A stretch of 64,000 nucleotides of DNA from an uncultured virus (IMG/VR IMGVR_UViG_2061766007_000276) (IMGVR_UViG_2061766007_000276), one strand, 5' to 3'. Shown: positions 29,986 through 41,954, counted from the stretch's first letter. Numbers and translations are program-made. Notes: a model not told the origin generated them from the letters alone.

Positions 29986-32900
29986 CGAGGTCATATCATG
30001 CCGTATGCGTTCCATGACGACGATTACAACTACGTCTTGACGCCGTCTTCCGACGGGACGGGCAGCTACCAGCTTTCGGCTAAGGTCAGGGATACGACGA
30101 AGGCGTCCTACGCGCCTCCAGCTCCAGAAACCACAAGCTTGTATCAATGCTACAAGGATTGCGTCAACCTCGTGACCCCTCCGGATCTGAGCCTCTTGGT
30201 TGATGTTACGGATATGAGCAGTTGCTTCCGCAATTGCTCCAGCCTGACCACTCCGCCGGATCTCAGCGACATGACCGCCGTTACGAACATGCACAGCTGC
30301 TTCTCCGATTGCACTAGTCTGACCACTCCGCCGGACCTCAGTAACATGACCTCCGTGACGTATATGTACAGCTGCTTCTACAATTGCTCCCGCCTTACCG
30401 CTCCTCCGGATCTCAGCAACATGACCGCCGTGACGAACATGGCAAGCTGCTTCGAAGGTTGTACTAGTTTGGAAACTCCTCCGGATCTCAGCAACATGAC
30501 TGCCGTGACGAACATGGCAAGTTGCTTCCAAGGTTGTACTAGTTTGGAAACTCCTCCGGATCTAAGCGGCATGGCATCGGTCACCAACATGACAAGCTGC
30601 TTCCAAGGTTGTACTAGTTTGTCGACTCCGCCGGACCTCAGCAACATGACCGCCGTTACGGATATGGGCTCTTGTTTTCAAGATTGCACCAGCCNNNNNN
30701 NNNNNNNNNNNNNNNNNNNNNNNNAACTTGACCGCCGTTACGGATATGGGCTACTGTTTCTCCGGTTGCACCACTCTGACTGGTTTCCTCCGCATAGGCA
30801 CTCCCACGGTACCGTCATCGCTCGGCCAATATATCTTCGGACCCTCGTCTCAGGTCAACGAAGCCGACCTCTACCTCATCGTTCCCTCCGCGCAGAGGTC
30901 GAATTGGACGAGTTACGAAAAGCCGTCCCAGGTACAAGTCATAGCGGCTTCCGCATCCAACACGCAAGTTAGCATAGGTGATTACAAATACACCTACTCG
31001 ACGGATGCCAACGGGCAGTTGACGAGTTTGGCGGCTCAGGNNNNNNNNNNNNNNNNNNNNNNNNTCGTCACGAGTCTTGAAAACTGTTTTAAAGATTGCT
31101 CCAGCCTGACCGCTCCGCCGGATCTCAGCGACATGACCGCGGTCACTAATATGTACGGTTGTTTCGATGGGGCCGCCAACTTGGTCACCCCTCCGGATCT
31201 CAGCAACATGACGGCCGTTACGAACATGTCGCGTTGTTTCATCAGTTGCACCAGCCTGACCACCCCGCCGGATCTCAGCAACATGACGGCCGTTACGAAC
31301 ATGGCCGCTTGTTTCTATGATTGCGCTAGCATGGCAACCCCTCCGGATCTCAGCAACATGACTTCGGTCACGAACATGGGCAGCTGCTTCGTCGGATGTA
31401 CCAGCCTGACTACCCCGCCCGATCTCTCCAATATGACCTCGGTCGATAATATGGGTTTCTGCTTCTGGGCATGCACCAACTTGGTCGTTCCACCGGACAT
31501 GAGCAACATGACTGCGGTAACGAACATGGACTATTGCTTCTCCGGTTGCACCAGCTTGACAACCCCGCCGGATCTCAGCAACATGACGGCCCTTACGACC
31601 ATGTCAAGATGCTTCTACAACTGCACCAGTCTTACAGGTTTCCTCCGCATAGCCGTCACCTCGACCCCGGGCTATCTCGGGGCGTATCCAAACGGTGCCA
31701 TTTTCGGTCTTCTTGATCAAGTCAACGACGGTCCCCTCTATCTCATCGTCCCCTCCGCCAAGAGGTCGTATTGGGAGAGTTACAGTAAGCCGTCGCAAGT
31801 GCAGGTCATAGCTGCGAGTGCGTCCAACACGCAAGTTAGCATAGGTGATTACAAATACACCTACTCTACGGATGCCAACGGGCAGTTGACGAGTTTGGCG
31901 GCTCAGGTGCTTGATACCACGAAGTCCTCCTACGAGCATCCTAGTGTTTTGGTTACGGATATGACAAGATGCTTCTACAATTGCTCCAGCCTGACCACTC
32001 CGCCGGATCTCAGCAACATGACGGCGGTCACCACCCTGGACGGTTGTTTCGGCAGCTGCACCAGCATGACCACGCCTCCTNNNNNNNNNNNNGTCACGAG
32101 TATGCAGCAGACCTTCCAGAATTGCTCTAGCTTGACGACTCCGCCGAACACGAGCAGCATGGTCGCCGTCAGGGATATGTCGGCGTGTTTCGATAGATGC
32201 ACGAATCTGACCGCACCGCCTGACATGAGCGGTATGTCTAGCCTTTCGATGGTAGGGTATTGCTTCTACAACTGCTCCAACCTCGCATCAACGCCTGATT
32301 TCAGCAACACCCAGGTAATGATAATGCACTACTGCTTCTACGGTTGCTCGAGCCTTAAGGGGTTTATCGAAGTTCCAACGCTTTCCTCTGGGAGCAGGTT
32401 GAGCTACATCTCAAACATCTTCGCCGGCGCCGCCCAATTCGGGAACATCTACGTTTCCGTTCCTTCTTCCGAGCTGTCCACATGGCAGTCCAGCTCCGGA
32501 GCCGGGGCGAACGTGAAGCTCGGCACGCTTTCCAGCGGCTCGTTGACGTACCGCGAGGGCGANNNNNNNNNNNNNNNNNNNNNNNNNNNNNNNNNNNGCG
32601 GACCGGTCGTTGGCGACTTTGGCAGCGGTAACATACGACAATACGAAGGCGTCTTACGGGGAGTTGGATCCAGAGGTTACGGACATGAGCAGCTGCTTCC
32701 GCAATTGCTCCAGCCTGGCCACTCCGCCCGATCTCAGCGACATGACGGCGGTCACGGATATGGGCTACTGCTTCTACGGTTGCACCAGCCTCGTTACTCC
32801 GCCTGATCTCAGCAGTATGACCGCGGTTACGGATATGAGCTACTGTTTTGACGGTTGCACCAGCCTGACCACTCCGCCGGATCTCAGCGACATGACGGCG

Positions 32901-34750
32901 GTCACGGATATGGGCTACTGCTTCTACCATTGCTCCAGCCTGGCCACCCCGCCCGATCTCAGCAACATGACGTCGGTTACGAACATGCACGGTTGCTTCC
33001 GCTGGTGTTCCAGCCTGGCTACTCCGCCGGACCTTAGCAACATGACCGCTGTTACGGATATGGAACAGTGTTTCTACGATTGCGTCAACCTCGTGACTCC
33101 GCCGGACCTCAGCAACATGACTGCTGTGACGAACATGAACAGCTGTTTCGCCGTTTGTACCAGTTTGACCACTCCGCCGGACCTCAGCAACATGACCGCC
33201 GTTACGAATATTAAAATGTGTTTCTACAGGTGCAACAGCCTGACCACTCCGCCGGATCTCAGCAACATGACGGCGGTCACCGAAATGAGCTCTTGTTTTC
33301 AAGATTGCACCAGTCTCAGCGGTTTCCTCCGCATAGGTACTTCCACGGCACCGTCTTCGCTCGGCAGCAACATCTTCGGCCTTTCGAGCCAGGTTAACGA
33401 TGGAAAGCTCTATCTCATCGTGCCGGCGGCGCAGAGGACGAATTGGACGAACTACTCTAAACCGGCCAAGGTTGTTCTCGTGTCGACGTCTGCGACGAAC
33501 ATGACCGTGGACGATGTTTCAGGGGATTACAGGTACTTCTACAGTACCGATGCCGATGGGCAGCTTACCAGGTTGTACGCCCAGGTGTTCGGGGACAGGA
33601 CCAAGACCGTCTACGATCTTCCCAGCTTGTTGACGACCGATTTGTCGAGCTGCTATAAGGATTGCTCCAACATGAACTCCTATCCGGATCTCACCAAGCT
33701 GATCTACGTTACGGACATACACTACTGTTTCTGCAACTGCACCAGTTTGGTCGTTCCGCCGGATCTCAGCAGCATGCCTAATGTCACGACCATGAGCGTT
33801 TGCTTTTGGGGTTGCACTAACCTGGTTGTTCCTCCGAATCTGAGCCATATGACAGCAGTAACGGACATGGGAGGTTGTTTCCGAGATTGTACCAGCTTGA
33901 TAACGCCACCGGATATGACCGGTATGGCCAACAGCTTGCGAGATGTGCAGAACACCTTCCGCGAGTGCACCTCTATGCTGGCGTCTCCCGATGTCTCGTG
34001 TATAACTACCGTGCGCTATCCATATTGCTTCATGTACAATTGCTCTGCCGTGACTTACCTTCCGGATATTTCCGATTGGAGTCTCGTCACGGAGTTAAAG
34101 TACGTCTTCGAAGGGTGTTCTTCTGCAATCACTCCCGGCAAGCTACCGTTGTCGGCTTCGGCGACCTCGTTGCTGGAGTGCTACAAGAACTGTTCGAACC
34201 TGACCTATCCTCCGGACATGCGGTTTACCACGCAGAGCCTTACGACAATGGAGGAGACGTTCATGGGATGCTCTTCCCTGACGTCGGCTCCTTTTGTGGA
34301 CTCCACGAACGGAATGCCGTATTATTCCTTGACGACCATGAAGAACTGCTTCAAGGGTTGCACGAGCCTGGAGGATCCCCCGGTTCTCGACAGGGACCTC
34401 TCGGCGTTGACCGATTTCACGGGATGCTTCGAGGGCTGCTCGTCTATGGAGTCCTTCCCTGGGATCACGTACTTGGGGAGCGTCGAGCATCTGGACTCCT
34501 CCTTCAAGGGCTGCACCGCCCTGACGTCCACCCCGGATATTTCCGGTTTGACTTACGTACAGACCGCGGAATCGGTCTTCGAGGGATGCTCCGGTCTCAC
34601 GGTCACCCCCGATTTCTCGAACATGACGCTCCTGACGGATCTCGCCTACGGCCTCAAGGGCTGCACAGGTTTGACGGACACGCCGGATATTTCTGGCAGT
34701 CCCAACCTCTCTTCTGTAACCGGGCTGCTCTACGGATGCTCGTCCATGAG
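27630..34750 (+). repeat. 69-bp coding tandem repeat array (~70 units, ~8 blocks)
   Basis: Recurrent tgcaccagcctgaccactccgccggatctcagcaacatgacggccgttacg core. Spacer domains are duplicated at ~28270, ~30780, ~31640 and ~33320. Confidence 0.9.
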
Positions 34751-36503
34751 CGGGGATCTCAACGTGGGCTCGGTCGTCGGCACCTCCGCCGATCCGNNNN
34801 NNNNNNNNNNNNNNNNNNNNNNNNNNNNNNNGGGGAGATATGGATCGTCCCGACAAGGGACGCCGTCAGGGGCCGCACGGCAACCAACGCCGTGACGGTA
34901 GGCGACGCGTGGTACTACAGGGTCTACCGGGATCCCTCCACGCCGTCCAACGTCCGCTTCCTTTCCGCCGCCATGAACCACGATCCGACGTTCACGTTCG
35001 ACGTGAAGAGGATCGAGGACATGAGCGACTACCTTCTGGAGACGGCTGCTGGCACGTGGATAATGGGGGCGTTCGGATCGTTCGCCACTTATGCCGAGAC
35101 GCAGAAGATCGCCCCGAAGATCGACCGCATAATCATGATCTCCGCCAACATAGAGTATCGGACGGCGCTCGAGACGTTGGGGACTTCGGTCATAACCTAC
35201 GATCAGTTCGTAGGGNNNNNNNNNNNNNNNNNNNNNNNNNNNNNNNNNNNNNNNNCGCGTCTTCTACTACTGGGTCCCGAAGGGCAAGGAGCCGGTTCCA
35301 TACAGGTACTCCAGCTTCGGCGATACGCCGGGCGACAACAGCCGCGTGCATCCTTACGACGATGGCACGGGCGACGACCTGCAGGAGCTCTTGGACCCCG
35401 TCCTCTTCGAGGGAGCCAGTCTCTATGCGTTCATCAACCGCAACACGGAATCGCAGCTCGTCATAGCTGCGGTTAGGGACACGCTCGGTAACGTCGGACT
35501 GCTTTCCATCGTCGTGCCGAAGGCCTACTCCACGTTCTCGTTCCTGAAACCGGGTCGAGGCATCGGAGTCGGAACTCCGGCGCATAGGCAGGGCTTCGAT
35601 GTCGACATGCAGTCGTATTTTACCCACAACCTGGTCATGAACGATTCTCCCACCCTTCCCGTGGTCGTTCGCTACGAGGAGGATCCTCCAGAATACGGGG
35701 ACTACCCGGATCCTTGCGTCGTCGTATGCGTGGATCCGAAGTACCTCTGGTCGCTCGTCATGGCGCAGCAGGGAGCTTCCGATCCCATAAAGGCCGAGGA
35801 TACGTTCGGTGTCCGGATATTCCTAAGGGGAACGAACCTGTCGGCCGTGCCGAGTTCTTCCCCGGGTTTCTTCATCACATCGGAGCCCTACGTGGCGACG
35901 GTGTCCGGAGTCAGGACCGAGAGCGACAGCTGGCGGTCCAGCGGCATCATATTCGGAAGGGACGGCGCGGAGGAGATGATACATTTCCCGCTCGCAGGTC
36001 CGGTGACCCCGTCTCCCTCGTCGGGGGTCGAGGGCTTCAAACCCGTAGACGTGTCCAATTCCGAACCGCTCATCATATCCTTCATCGGCTACAAGACGGT
36101 GAAGCTGAAAGCGGTGAGCGGCGAGGATCTGAACGGCGTGCCGTGCATCCTGGAGGTCTACGACCTGGACGTGGACGACGTCGATCACTCCGTCCCGTTG
36201 GAGGAGGTCCTGGACGTCTCGTACAGGGAGACGTACAACACCAGTGTGAACATGGACAAGACCTACTACAGGAAGGTCATCGGGCAAGGTTACGTCGAGG
36301 TCAGCAAGACGCAGGCCGGATATTCCGAGATGAACCCGTTCGCCCAGGGCTGGTACGAGCAGGATAGCGAGATGTGCTACAAGTTCTCGGGTCTCATGGG
36401 GATGCCGCATTTAGTCAAGGTCAAGGCCCGGGCCCTGGAGGCTGACGAGGCCGTGGAATCCGGCGACGCGATGGTCCGGATATCAGGGCGCGTCCACGCG
36501 TAG
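29998..36503 (+). CDS. Giant LRR-repeat fibre protein 2 (probably one ORF of ~2100 aa across N gaps)
   Basis: ORF fragments 29998, 30728, 32610, ~34832 and ~35256-36503 change frame only at N gaps. About 47 LRRs in five blocks, then a C-terminal region with GRGIGVG and an NPxxxGWYE module. Confidence 0.65.
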
Positions 36504-36514
36504 AAAGGAGTTCC

Positions 36515-36631
36515 ATGCAGACGATACCGATAATCGGCGACTGTCCGGAAGCTCGTCCGAGCTTACTGGGAGGGTTGACCCGAGAATTCAAAATGGCCTT
36601 CTTTTCTCATGGAAGGAGGCGGCGTAGATGA
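36515..36631 (+). CDS. Small hypothetical protein (38 aa)
   Basis: Strong SD AGAAAGGAG. MQTIPIIGDCPEARPS...RRRRR; ATGA overlap with the next ORF. Confidence 0.4.
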   Translation: MQTIPIIGDCPEARPSLLGGLTREFKMAFFSHGRRRRR

Positions 36632-36819
36632 GCGCTCAAGTGGCAGTCCTTCAGGTCTATCCTGGACCGAACGCCATACATATAATGGACCATACTCCCA
36701 CCATCTCGGAACTGCATTCCCTGGCAGCGTTGCCGTGCTTCGTCATGAACTCCGCAACCAAGGTGCTCTACTACTGCGATTTTTCAGGGGTCTATCCGAT
36801 GACAGCGGTCTGGGGGTGA
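36628..36819 (+). CDS. Hypothetical protein (63 aa)
   Basis: SD GGAGG; directly upstream of the Cys-rich gene. Confidence 0.6.
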   Translation: MSAQVAVLQVYPGPNAIHIMDHTPTISELHSLAALPCFVMNSATKVLYYCDFSGVYPMTAVWG

Positions 36820-36823
36820 TCAG

Positions 36824-38051
36824 ATGACTGTGATAGGTTACAGCGCCTCGGATTTCAACGCATTGAAGACGAGGNNNNNNNNNNNNNNNNNNNNNNNNNN
36901 NNNNNNNNNNNNNNNNNNNNNNNNNNNNNNNNGACGCCATCTACGCGTCGCAGGGCCAGGCACTCATCGACGACGCTCTCAAGATTGCAGACATCAGCGG
37001 ATTCGCAACCGTGCAGCAAGGCGACCTGTTGCCAGATATGAGTACTTTCAATACTCGTCTCACAGCATGGGAAGCTGAGTCTAAGACTGGTTCAAGTTCA
37101 TGCCGCTCGCAATGCACTGGGTTATGCGTGTCAGCATGCTCTTCCGGATGCACGAGCGGATGTACGGCAAGCTGTTCTGGCTGTGCCGGTTGTTCTGGCA
37201 ACTGCGGTAACAATTGTTATTCGGCATGCTGGGCAGCTTGCAAGACTGGATGCTCAAGTTGTTCTGGAGGATGTACCAATGCCTGCACTAATTCCTGTTC
37301 GTCGAATTGCCATAGCTCATGTTCCGGCTGTTCAAGCTGTGGAAATGCTTGCTCTGGAAAATGTGGCGGCAATTGCACTGGAGGTTGTGGCGACTCCTGT
37401 CGAGGATGCAGCGGTAACTGTGTGGCAACTTGTGAGGCGTCTTGTAGTGGTACGTGCCGCGCTGGATGCGATAGCACTTGTACGAAGAATTGCGTGAGCA
37501 TATGCGATTCTACAGCCACAGGATGCAGCTCTGGCTGCAAAGGCCATTGCAAAGCTAAATGCAGCAAGACATGTTACGGATCCTGTAAGGGCCTCTGTTC
37601 TGGTTGTAGCGGCACATGCAGAGTTGCCCAATGCGGTGGTGGTTGCGCTTCGACTTGCAAAGGTTGCGGAGGCAATTGCTCGGGTGGATGCTACAACCAT
37701 TGCTCTGCCAACTGCTCCTCCAATTGTGCGACGTCTTGCTCAGGGTGCAACAGCTGCGGAGGTGCTTGCTCTGGGAAATGCGGTGGGAACTGTACTGGAG
37801 GCTGTGGAAGCAATTGCTCTGGGTGTTCCGCGAATTGCGCCGCCAAATGCGGGAATAACTGCACTGGAGCTTGTGGAAATAGCTGCACTGGCAATTGTGG
37901 ATCTGGGTGCGCGTCAAGTTGTTATACAGGCTGCTCTGCATCATGCACTGCCTGTACTGCTACATGCTACGGATCATGTCAGAGCGGATGCTACGGGTCA
38001 TGTCAAAATACGTCAACCTTTGTTGCGTATGGAAGAGGAAGCACAATATAG
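36824..38051 (+). CDS. Cys-rich CXXX-repeat protein (radical SAM modification target)
   Basis: Starts MTVIGYSASDFNALKTR, then an N gap, a leader, and about 78 Cys spaced CxxxC/CxxC among Ser/Gly/Thr/Asn/Ala. The join across the gap is inferred. Confidence 0.85.
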
Positions 38052-38063
38052 AAAGGAAACGTT

Positions 38064-38345
38064 ATGGAAAAAATCATTATCGACGAGGATTTGAGGAACA
38101 AGATCGAACGTTGCCATTACGAGTACACAGCGTTTGTGAACGTCGAGAAGACGTATCTCGACTCGCATATGCTCGACGACGATACGACAGCTCTCGACGG
38201 CGTCGTCTTCAAAGCCTACCACGAGAAGCTCGTCAAGGCGCTGAAGGACTATGAAGAGGCTAAGTCTGAGATGACGGAGAAGTACGGCATCGGTAACGCG
38301 AGTTGGAGCCTCGACTTCAAGACATGCGAGGTCGAAATTGTATAA
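38064..38345 (+). CDS. CXXX-repeat modification system small partner protein
   Basis: 93-aa helical protein ending WSLDFKTCEVEI, lying between substrate and maturase as in the CXXX-repeat systems I recall (TIGR04116-like). Confidence 0.7.
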   Translation: MEKIIIDEDLRNKIERCHYEYTAFVNVEKTYLDSHMLDDDTTALDGVVFKAYHEKLVKALKDYEEAKSEMTEKYGIGNASWSLDFKTCEVEIV

Positions 38346-39705
38346 GGTAGAAAGCGAGGAAGCCTACCAGGACATGGTACATAGGCTTTACCCTGAACTA
38401 CACATAGGAACCAACACAAGCTGCAATGCTAACTGGATTCTCACCCGCAATGTCACATGGCAGGTAACCGATGCGTGCAATCTAGCTTGCACCTACTGCT
38501 ACCAGCATAACAAGGGCACGCGTAGGATGAGCAAGGAAACGGCGTTTGCTTTCGCAGACATGCTCCTCGACGAGGATATGTGCGGAAGCTACATCAACCT
38601 TGAAAACTCACCTGGCATCATCCTTGAATTCATTGGTGGTGAACCGTTTCTCGAAGTTGAGCTGATTGACCAGACTATTGACTACTGGGTCAAAATCACA
38701 TCGGAAAGAAACCATCCGTGGGCTGTTAGATTCATGGTGTCGATTTGCTCGAATGGAGTACTCTATCGCACGCCTGAAGTGCAGCGGTTCATACAAAAGC
38801 ACAAAGACCACCTTTCGCTTTCAGTAACCCTTGACGGCACGAAGGCCCTGCACGATTCATGCAGGGTCTTCCCTGATGGCAAGGGGAGCTACGACCTTGC
38901 CGCAGACGCATGCCTCGACCTCATGCAGAAGAGGAGCGAGCCTGGCACGAAGATAACCATTGCCCCTGGCAATGTGGACAAGCTCTACGAGGCGCTGAAG
39001 TTCATGGTCATGTTCGGTTACAGGGAGATTAACGCTAACTGCGTCTATGAGAAGGGTTGGACGGAAGAGCATGCAACCGAGCTCTACAGGCAGATGAACG
39101 CGTTCAGCGACTATCTCTTCGAGCACGATATGGAGGAAGAGGTCTACTGCTCACTCTATGAGGAAGAGTTCTTCTGTCCGAAGCCTGAAACCGATCTTGA
39201 GCTCTGGTGCGGTGGTGACGGGATGATGCTTTCATGCGATCCTGACGGGTATTTATATCCGTGCATACGGTTCATGGAGTCAAGTCTTGGAGACAACGTG
39301 CCTCCAATACGGATCGGCCATGTCAGTCGTGGGATAGGGAAGCTCCCAGAAGAGGAAGCGTACATTCATTGCATGGATTGCATTACACGTAGGACTATGA
39401 GCTCAGATGAATGTTTCTACTGCCCTATAGCAAATGGATGTAGTTGGTGCGCCGCATACAACTACGAAGCGAACGGGAAGCTCGACAGCAGGGCAACGTT
39501 CATATGCCCCATGCACAAGGCGAGGGCATTGGCGAACGCTTACTTCTGGAACATGTACCACATCAAGCACGATGACGGGAAACGGTTCAAGGTCCACGTC
39601 CCGAAGGATTGGGCAGTACCGATCATCGGGGAAGAGGAATACGATTGGCTGCTTTGGCTCAGCCAGGGAGGTCGGAGAACTACGACGACCGCTCGACGAG
39701 CGTGA
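38338..39705 (+). CDS. Radical SAM/SPASM peptide maturase, CXXX-repeat target family
   Basis: CNLACTYC, FIGGEPF, SVTLDG...HD..R, and SPASM cysteines WCGG...YPCIRF...CFYCPIANGCSWC...FICPMH. Confidence 0.92.
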   Translation: MYKVESEEAYQDMVHRLYPELHIGTNTSCNANWILTRNVTWQVTDACNLACTYCYQHNKGTRRMSKETAFAFADMLLDEDMCGSYINLENSPGIILEFIGGEPFLEVELIDQTIDYWVKITSERNHPWAVRFMVSICSNGVLYRTPEVQRFIQKHKDHLSLSVTLDGTKALHDSCRVFPDGKGSYDLAADACLDLMQKRSEPGTKITIAPGNVDKLYEALKFMVMFGYREINANCVYEKGWTEEHATELYRQMNAFSDYLFEHDMEEEVYCSLYEEEFFCPKPETDLELWCGGDGMMLSCDPDGYLYPCIRFMESSLGDNVPPIRIGHVSRGIGKLPEEEAYIHCMDCITRRTMSSDECFYCPIANGCSWCAAYNYEANGKLDSRATFICPMHKARALANAYFWNMYHIKHDDGKRFKVHVPKDWAVPIIGEEEYDWLLWLSQGGRRTTTTARRA

Positions 39706-39949
39706 GCTTGACACTGACGAAGGAAATCGCATCCGCGTAATCGGTAGTCCGAAAGACGATACAGCCGCGCCTGTGACCGGCATGGGACAATCGGGGAAAC
39801 GGGAGAAAGAAGGCAGGCGTGGACATGACGCCATATGTAGGGTCGAAAAGCAATCGGCAGTTCTTAAGGCGATGTTCTGACATATAATAAAACTCGAAAA
39901 ACTTTTAAAGGAGCATTTTCTACAAGGTAACGGACGAAAGAAGGTAAAG

Positions 39950-40450
39950 TTGACGGACTTCGCACAGAAAGTGCTCTTGGTGGTGATAACGGCGCTCATA
40001 GGAGTCGTCACCACCTTCGTGGCCGGACCCAGGCAGGATATTCAAATAGTCATCTACCTGGTCCTGGCGATGGCGGTGGGATTCACCCTCTGGGCCATCA
40101 GCGCTCGAAAACATAGGAAGGAGCGCGATGAAGCGGAGGCGAAATACCGCGAACAGCGCGACAAGGAGGACAAGGAGTGGAAGGACGCCCTCATGGAGCG
40201 TCTTGACAGAGGTGACGAGGTAGACAAGGCAATACTTAGGAACGAGCTCGTCAAGGGGCATCGTGAGTGGGTGGAGCGCAAAGGGTACATCACCCTAGAG
40301 TCCCTCGAAGTGCTCGACAAGATCCACAGGGCCTATAACCTTGTGGATGGCAACGACATAGGCGACAAGATGTGGAATGACATAAAAGGGCTCCCCATCG
40401 AGGAGCACAGGGAGCGTATAGCTTCCGCTATGGCCAACATAATGTCCTGA
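39950..40450 (+). CDS. Holin-like membrane protein
   Basis: Two N-terminal TM helices, a coiled coil, and C-terminal AYNLVDGNDIGDKMW..IKGLP. Confidence 0.6.
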   Translation: MTDFAQKVLLVVITALIGVVTTFVAGPRQDIQIVIYLVLAMAVGFTLWAISARKHRKERDEAEAKYREQRDKEDKEWKDALMERLDRGDEVDKAILRNELVKGHREWVERKGYITLESLEVLDKIHRAYNLVDGNDIGDKMWNDIKGLPIEEHRERIASAMANIMS

Positions 40451-40470
40451 CGTCATAGGAGGTTTACAAC

Positions 40471-40788
40471 ATGGAAGAAAGCAACGAATACGGTTTCGAA
40501 GACAGTGTGGAGGAGATTATAGAGGGCTCCGATCTCGATCCGAACGTGGAGCGGATCAAGGCGGCAGCAACGCTGGTCGTCACGGCGGTGATCAACATTC
40601 TCAACGTGTACGGTTACGCTGTGGACGCCGGCCCGTGGATCAACCTGCTCAGCTCCGTCCTGGCATTCGGCTCGATCCTCTACGCGTGGTGGAAGAACCA
40701 GAACGTCACCAATGCCGCGGTCGCCGGGCAGGCCGTGCTCAACAGGATAAAACGTGGGAAGCATGCGGCCGACGACAAGGTGGCCTAG
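40471..40788 (+). CDS. Holin, SPP1-like family
   Basis: Two TM helices followed by AWWKNQNVTNAA. Confidence 0.85.
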   Translation: MEESNEYGFEDSVEEIIEGSDLDPNVERIKAAATLVVTAVINILNVYGYAVDAGPWINLLSSVLAFGSILYAWWKNQNVTNAAVAGQAVLNRIKRGKHAADDKVA

Positions 40789-40789
40789 C

Positions 40790-41143
40790 ATGACCCCGGT
40801 CCTTCAGACGGCAGTCACCGGGCTGGTCTGGGCGATAAGCGTCAGCCTGGTGATACTGGCCGCCACCTTCTGCACCACATGGGTGCTCAGGGTGACCGAC
40901 GACAAGAAGGCCGTGGAGGTCGAGGAGAAGCTACGGGAGGTGGAGGAGCAGAGGAAGAGGATATCGTACATCTGCGACTTCTCGGCGGACTGCAACTCCA
41001 GCGAGACGTGCCATGCCAACGGAGGCGACTGCACGAGGACGACCTACGTGGAGCACGCGGCCAACTTCCACAAGCTGGACATGCCCTACGGGGCCCAGGC
41101 GTATTACACGGAGAACGACAGACAGGAGAAACCAAATGACTAA
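40790..41143 (+). CDS. Membrane protein with C-terminal Cys/His motif
   Basis: N-terminal TM helix, then YICD...C...C...GDC..T....HAANF. Confidence 0.6.
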   Translation: MTPVLQTAVTGLVWAISVSLVILAATFCTTWVLRVTDDKKAVEVEEKLREVEEQRKRISYICDFSADCNSSETCHANGGDCTRTTYVEHAANFHKLDMPYGAQAYYTENDRQEKPND

Positions 41144-41936
41144 GGCACGTAAGATACTCGACGAGATCTGCGACAACATCAGCGGCGACGCCAAGGCGTG
41201 GATCCGCAGCATCGACAAGCTGGAGAAGAAGGTCAGCTCTCTCGACGCCATCATCGATTCGATGGAGGAGGCCGACGATAACGCCACGTTCCAACTAGTG
41301 ACGTCCCTTCCCACGGCTGCTTCCGCGAAGGCCGACGTGTACTACATCATGTTGAACCCGACGACCGGCAAGTACGAGGAGTATAAGAAGGAAGGCTCCT
41401 CCATGGTCAAGGTCGGCTTGATCGGAGACGAGGTCTACCCGACGCTCCTCACCGGTCCCGTGTACGCCCTCATGGCGAAAGATCAGGAGAACTACGACGT
41501 CTACGTACCGTCCCAGAGGAACTGGTACGAGTACGACGAGAACGGAGACCCGCAGTACACGCTCTCGCAGGACGACCAGACCTGGGTTCCATCGTATTCC
41601 GAGGTCTCCAGCGAGTCCGAGGGCTACGCGGAAGCCAACCCGAAGACGTCCGGATGGTACGAGTCCGATGGCGATGGCGGATACCAGCTCACGAACGACG
41701 AGGACACCACGACGAACTCCGGGAAGAAGTACTACACCATGTCGCACTCCTACGCCAAGGACTACTATTCCGTGAGCAGCATCTACGCCGAGATCCTGAC
41801 GACGTCGCCCGGCTATGCCGACATGAACCCGAAACACCTCGACTGGTACGAGAAGAGCGGGCTCACCTACGTCCCGACCACCGACACGAGCGTCGTCCAG
41901 GACAAGAAGTACTACTTGTACATACTTAACTCCTAG
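41136..41936 (+). CDS. Putative virion accessory protein with ~3 NPxxxGWYE modules
   Basis: SD CAGGAG. FQLVTSLP...YEEY domain followed by repeated modules. Confidence 0.65.
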   Translation: MTKARKILDEICDNISGDAKAWIRSIDKLEKKVSSLDAIIDSMEEADDNATFQLVTSLPTAASAKADVYYIMLNPTTGKYEEYKKEGSSMVKVGLIGDEVYPTLLTGPVYALMAKDQENYDVYVPSQRNWYEYDENGDPQYTLSQDDQTWVPSYSEVSSESEGYAEANPKTSGWYESDGDGGYQLTNDEDTTTNSGKKYYTMSHSYAKDYYSVSSIYAEILTTSPGYADMNPKHLDWYEKSGLTYVPTTDTSVVQDKKYYLYILNS

Positions 41937-41954
41937 ATCGATAAGGAGCCTTAG

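Noticed and set aside
27630..34750. LRR array as a CRISPR array or DGR target
   Set aside because: The repeats are in-frame coding units without unique spacers. Variation is not adenine-specific, and no reverse transcriptase or cas gene is in the window.
39714..39760. Hammerhead ribozyme (CTGACGA...CGAAA)
   Set aside because: The stem II register is off by one base, and I could not form stems I and III with a valid cleavage triplet.
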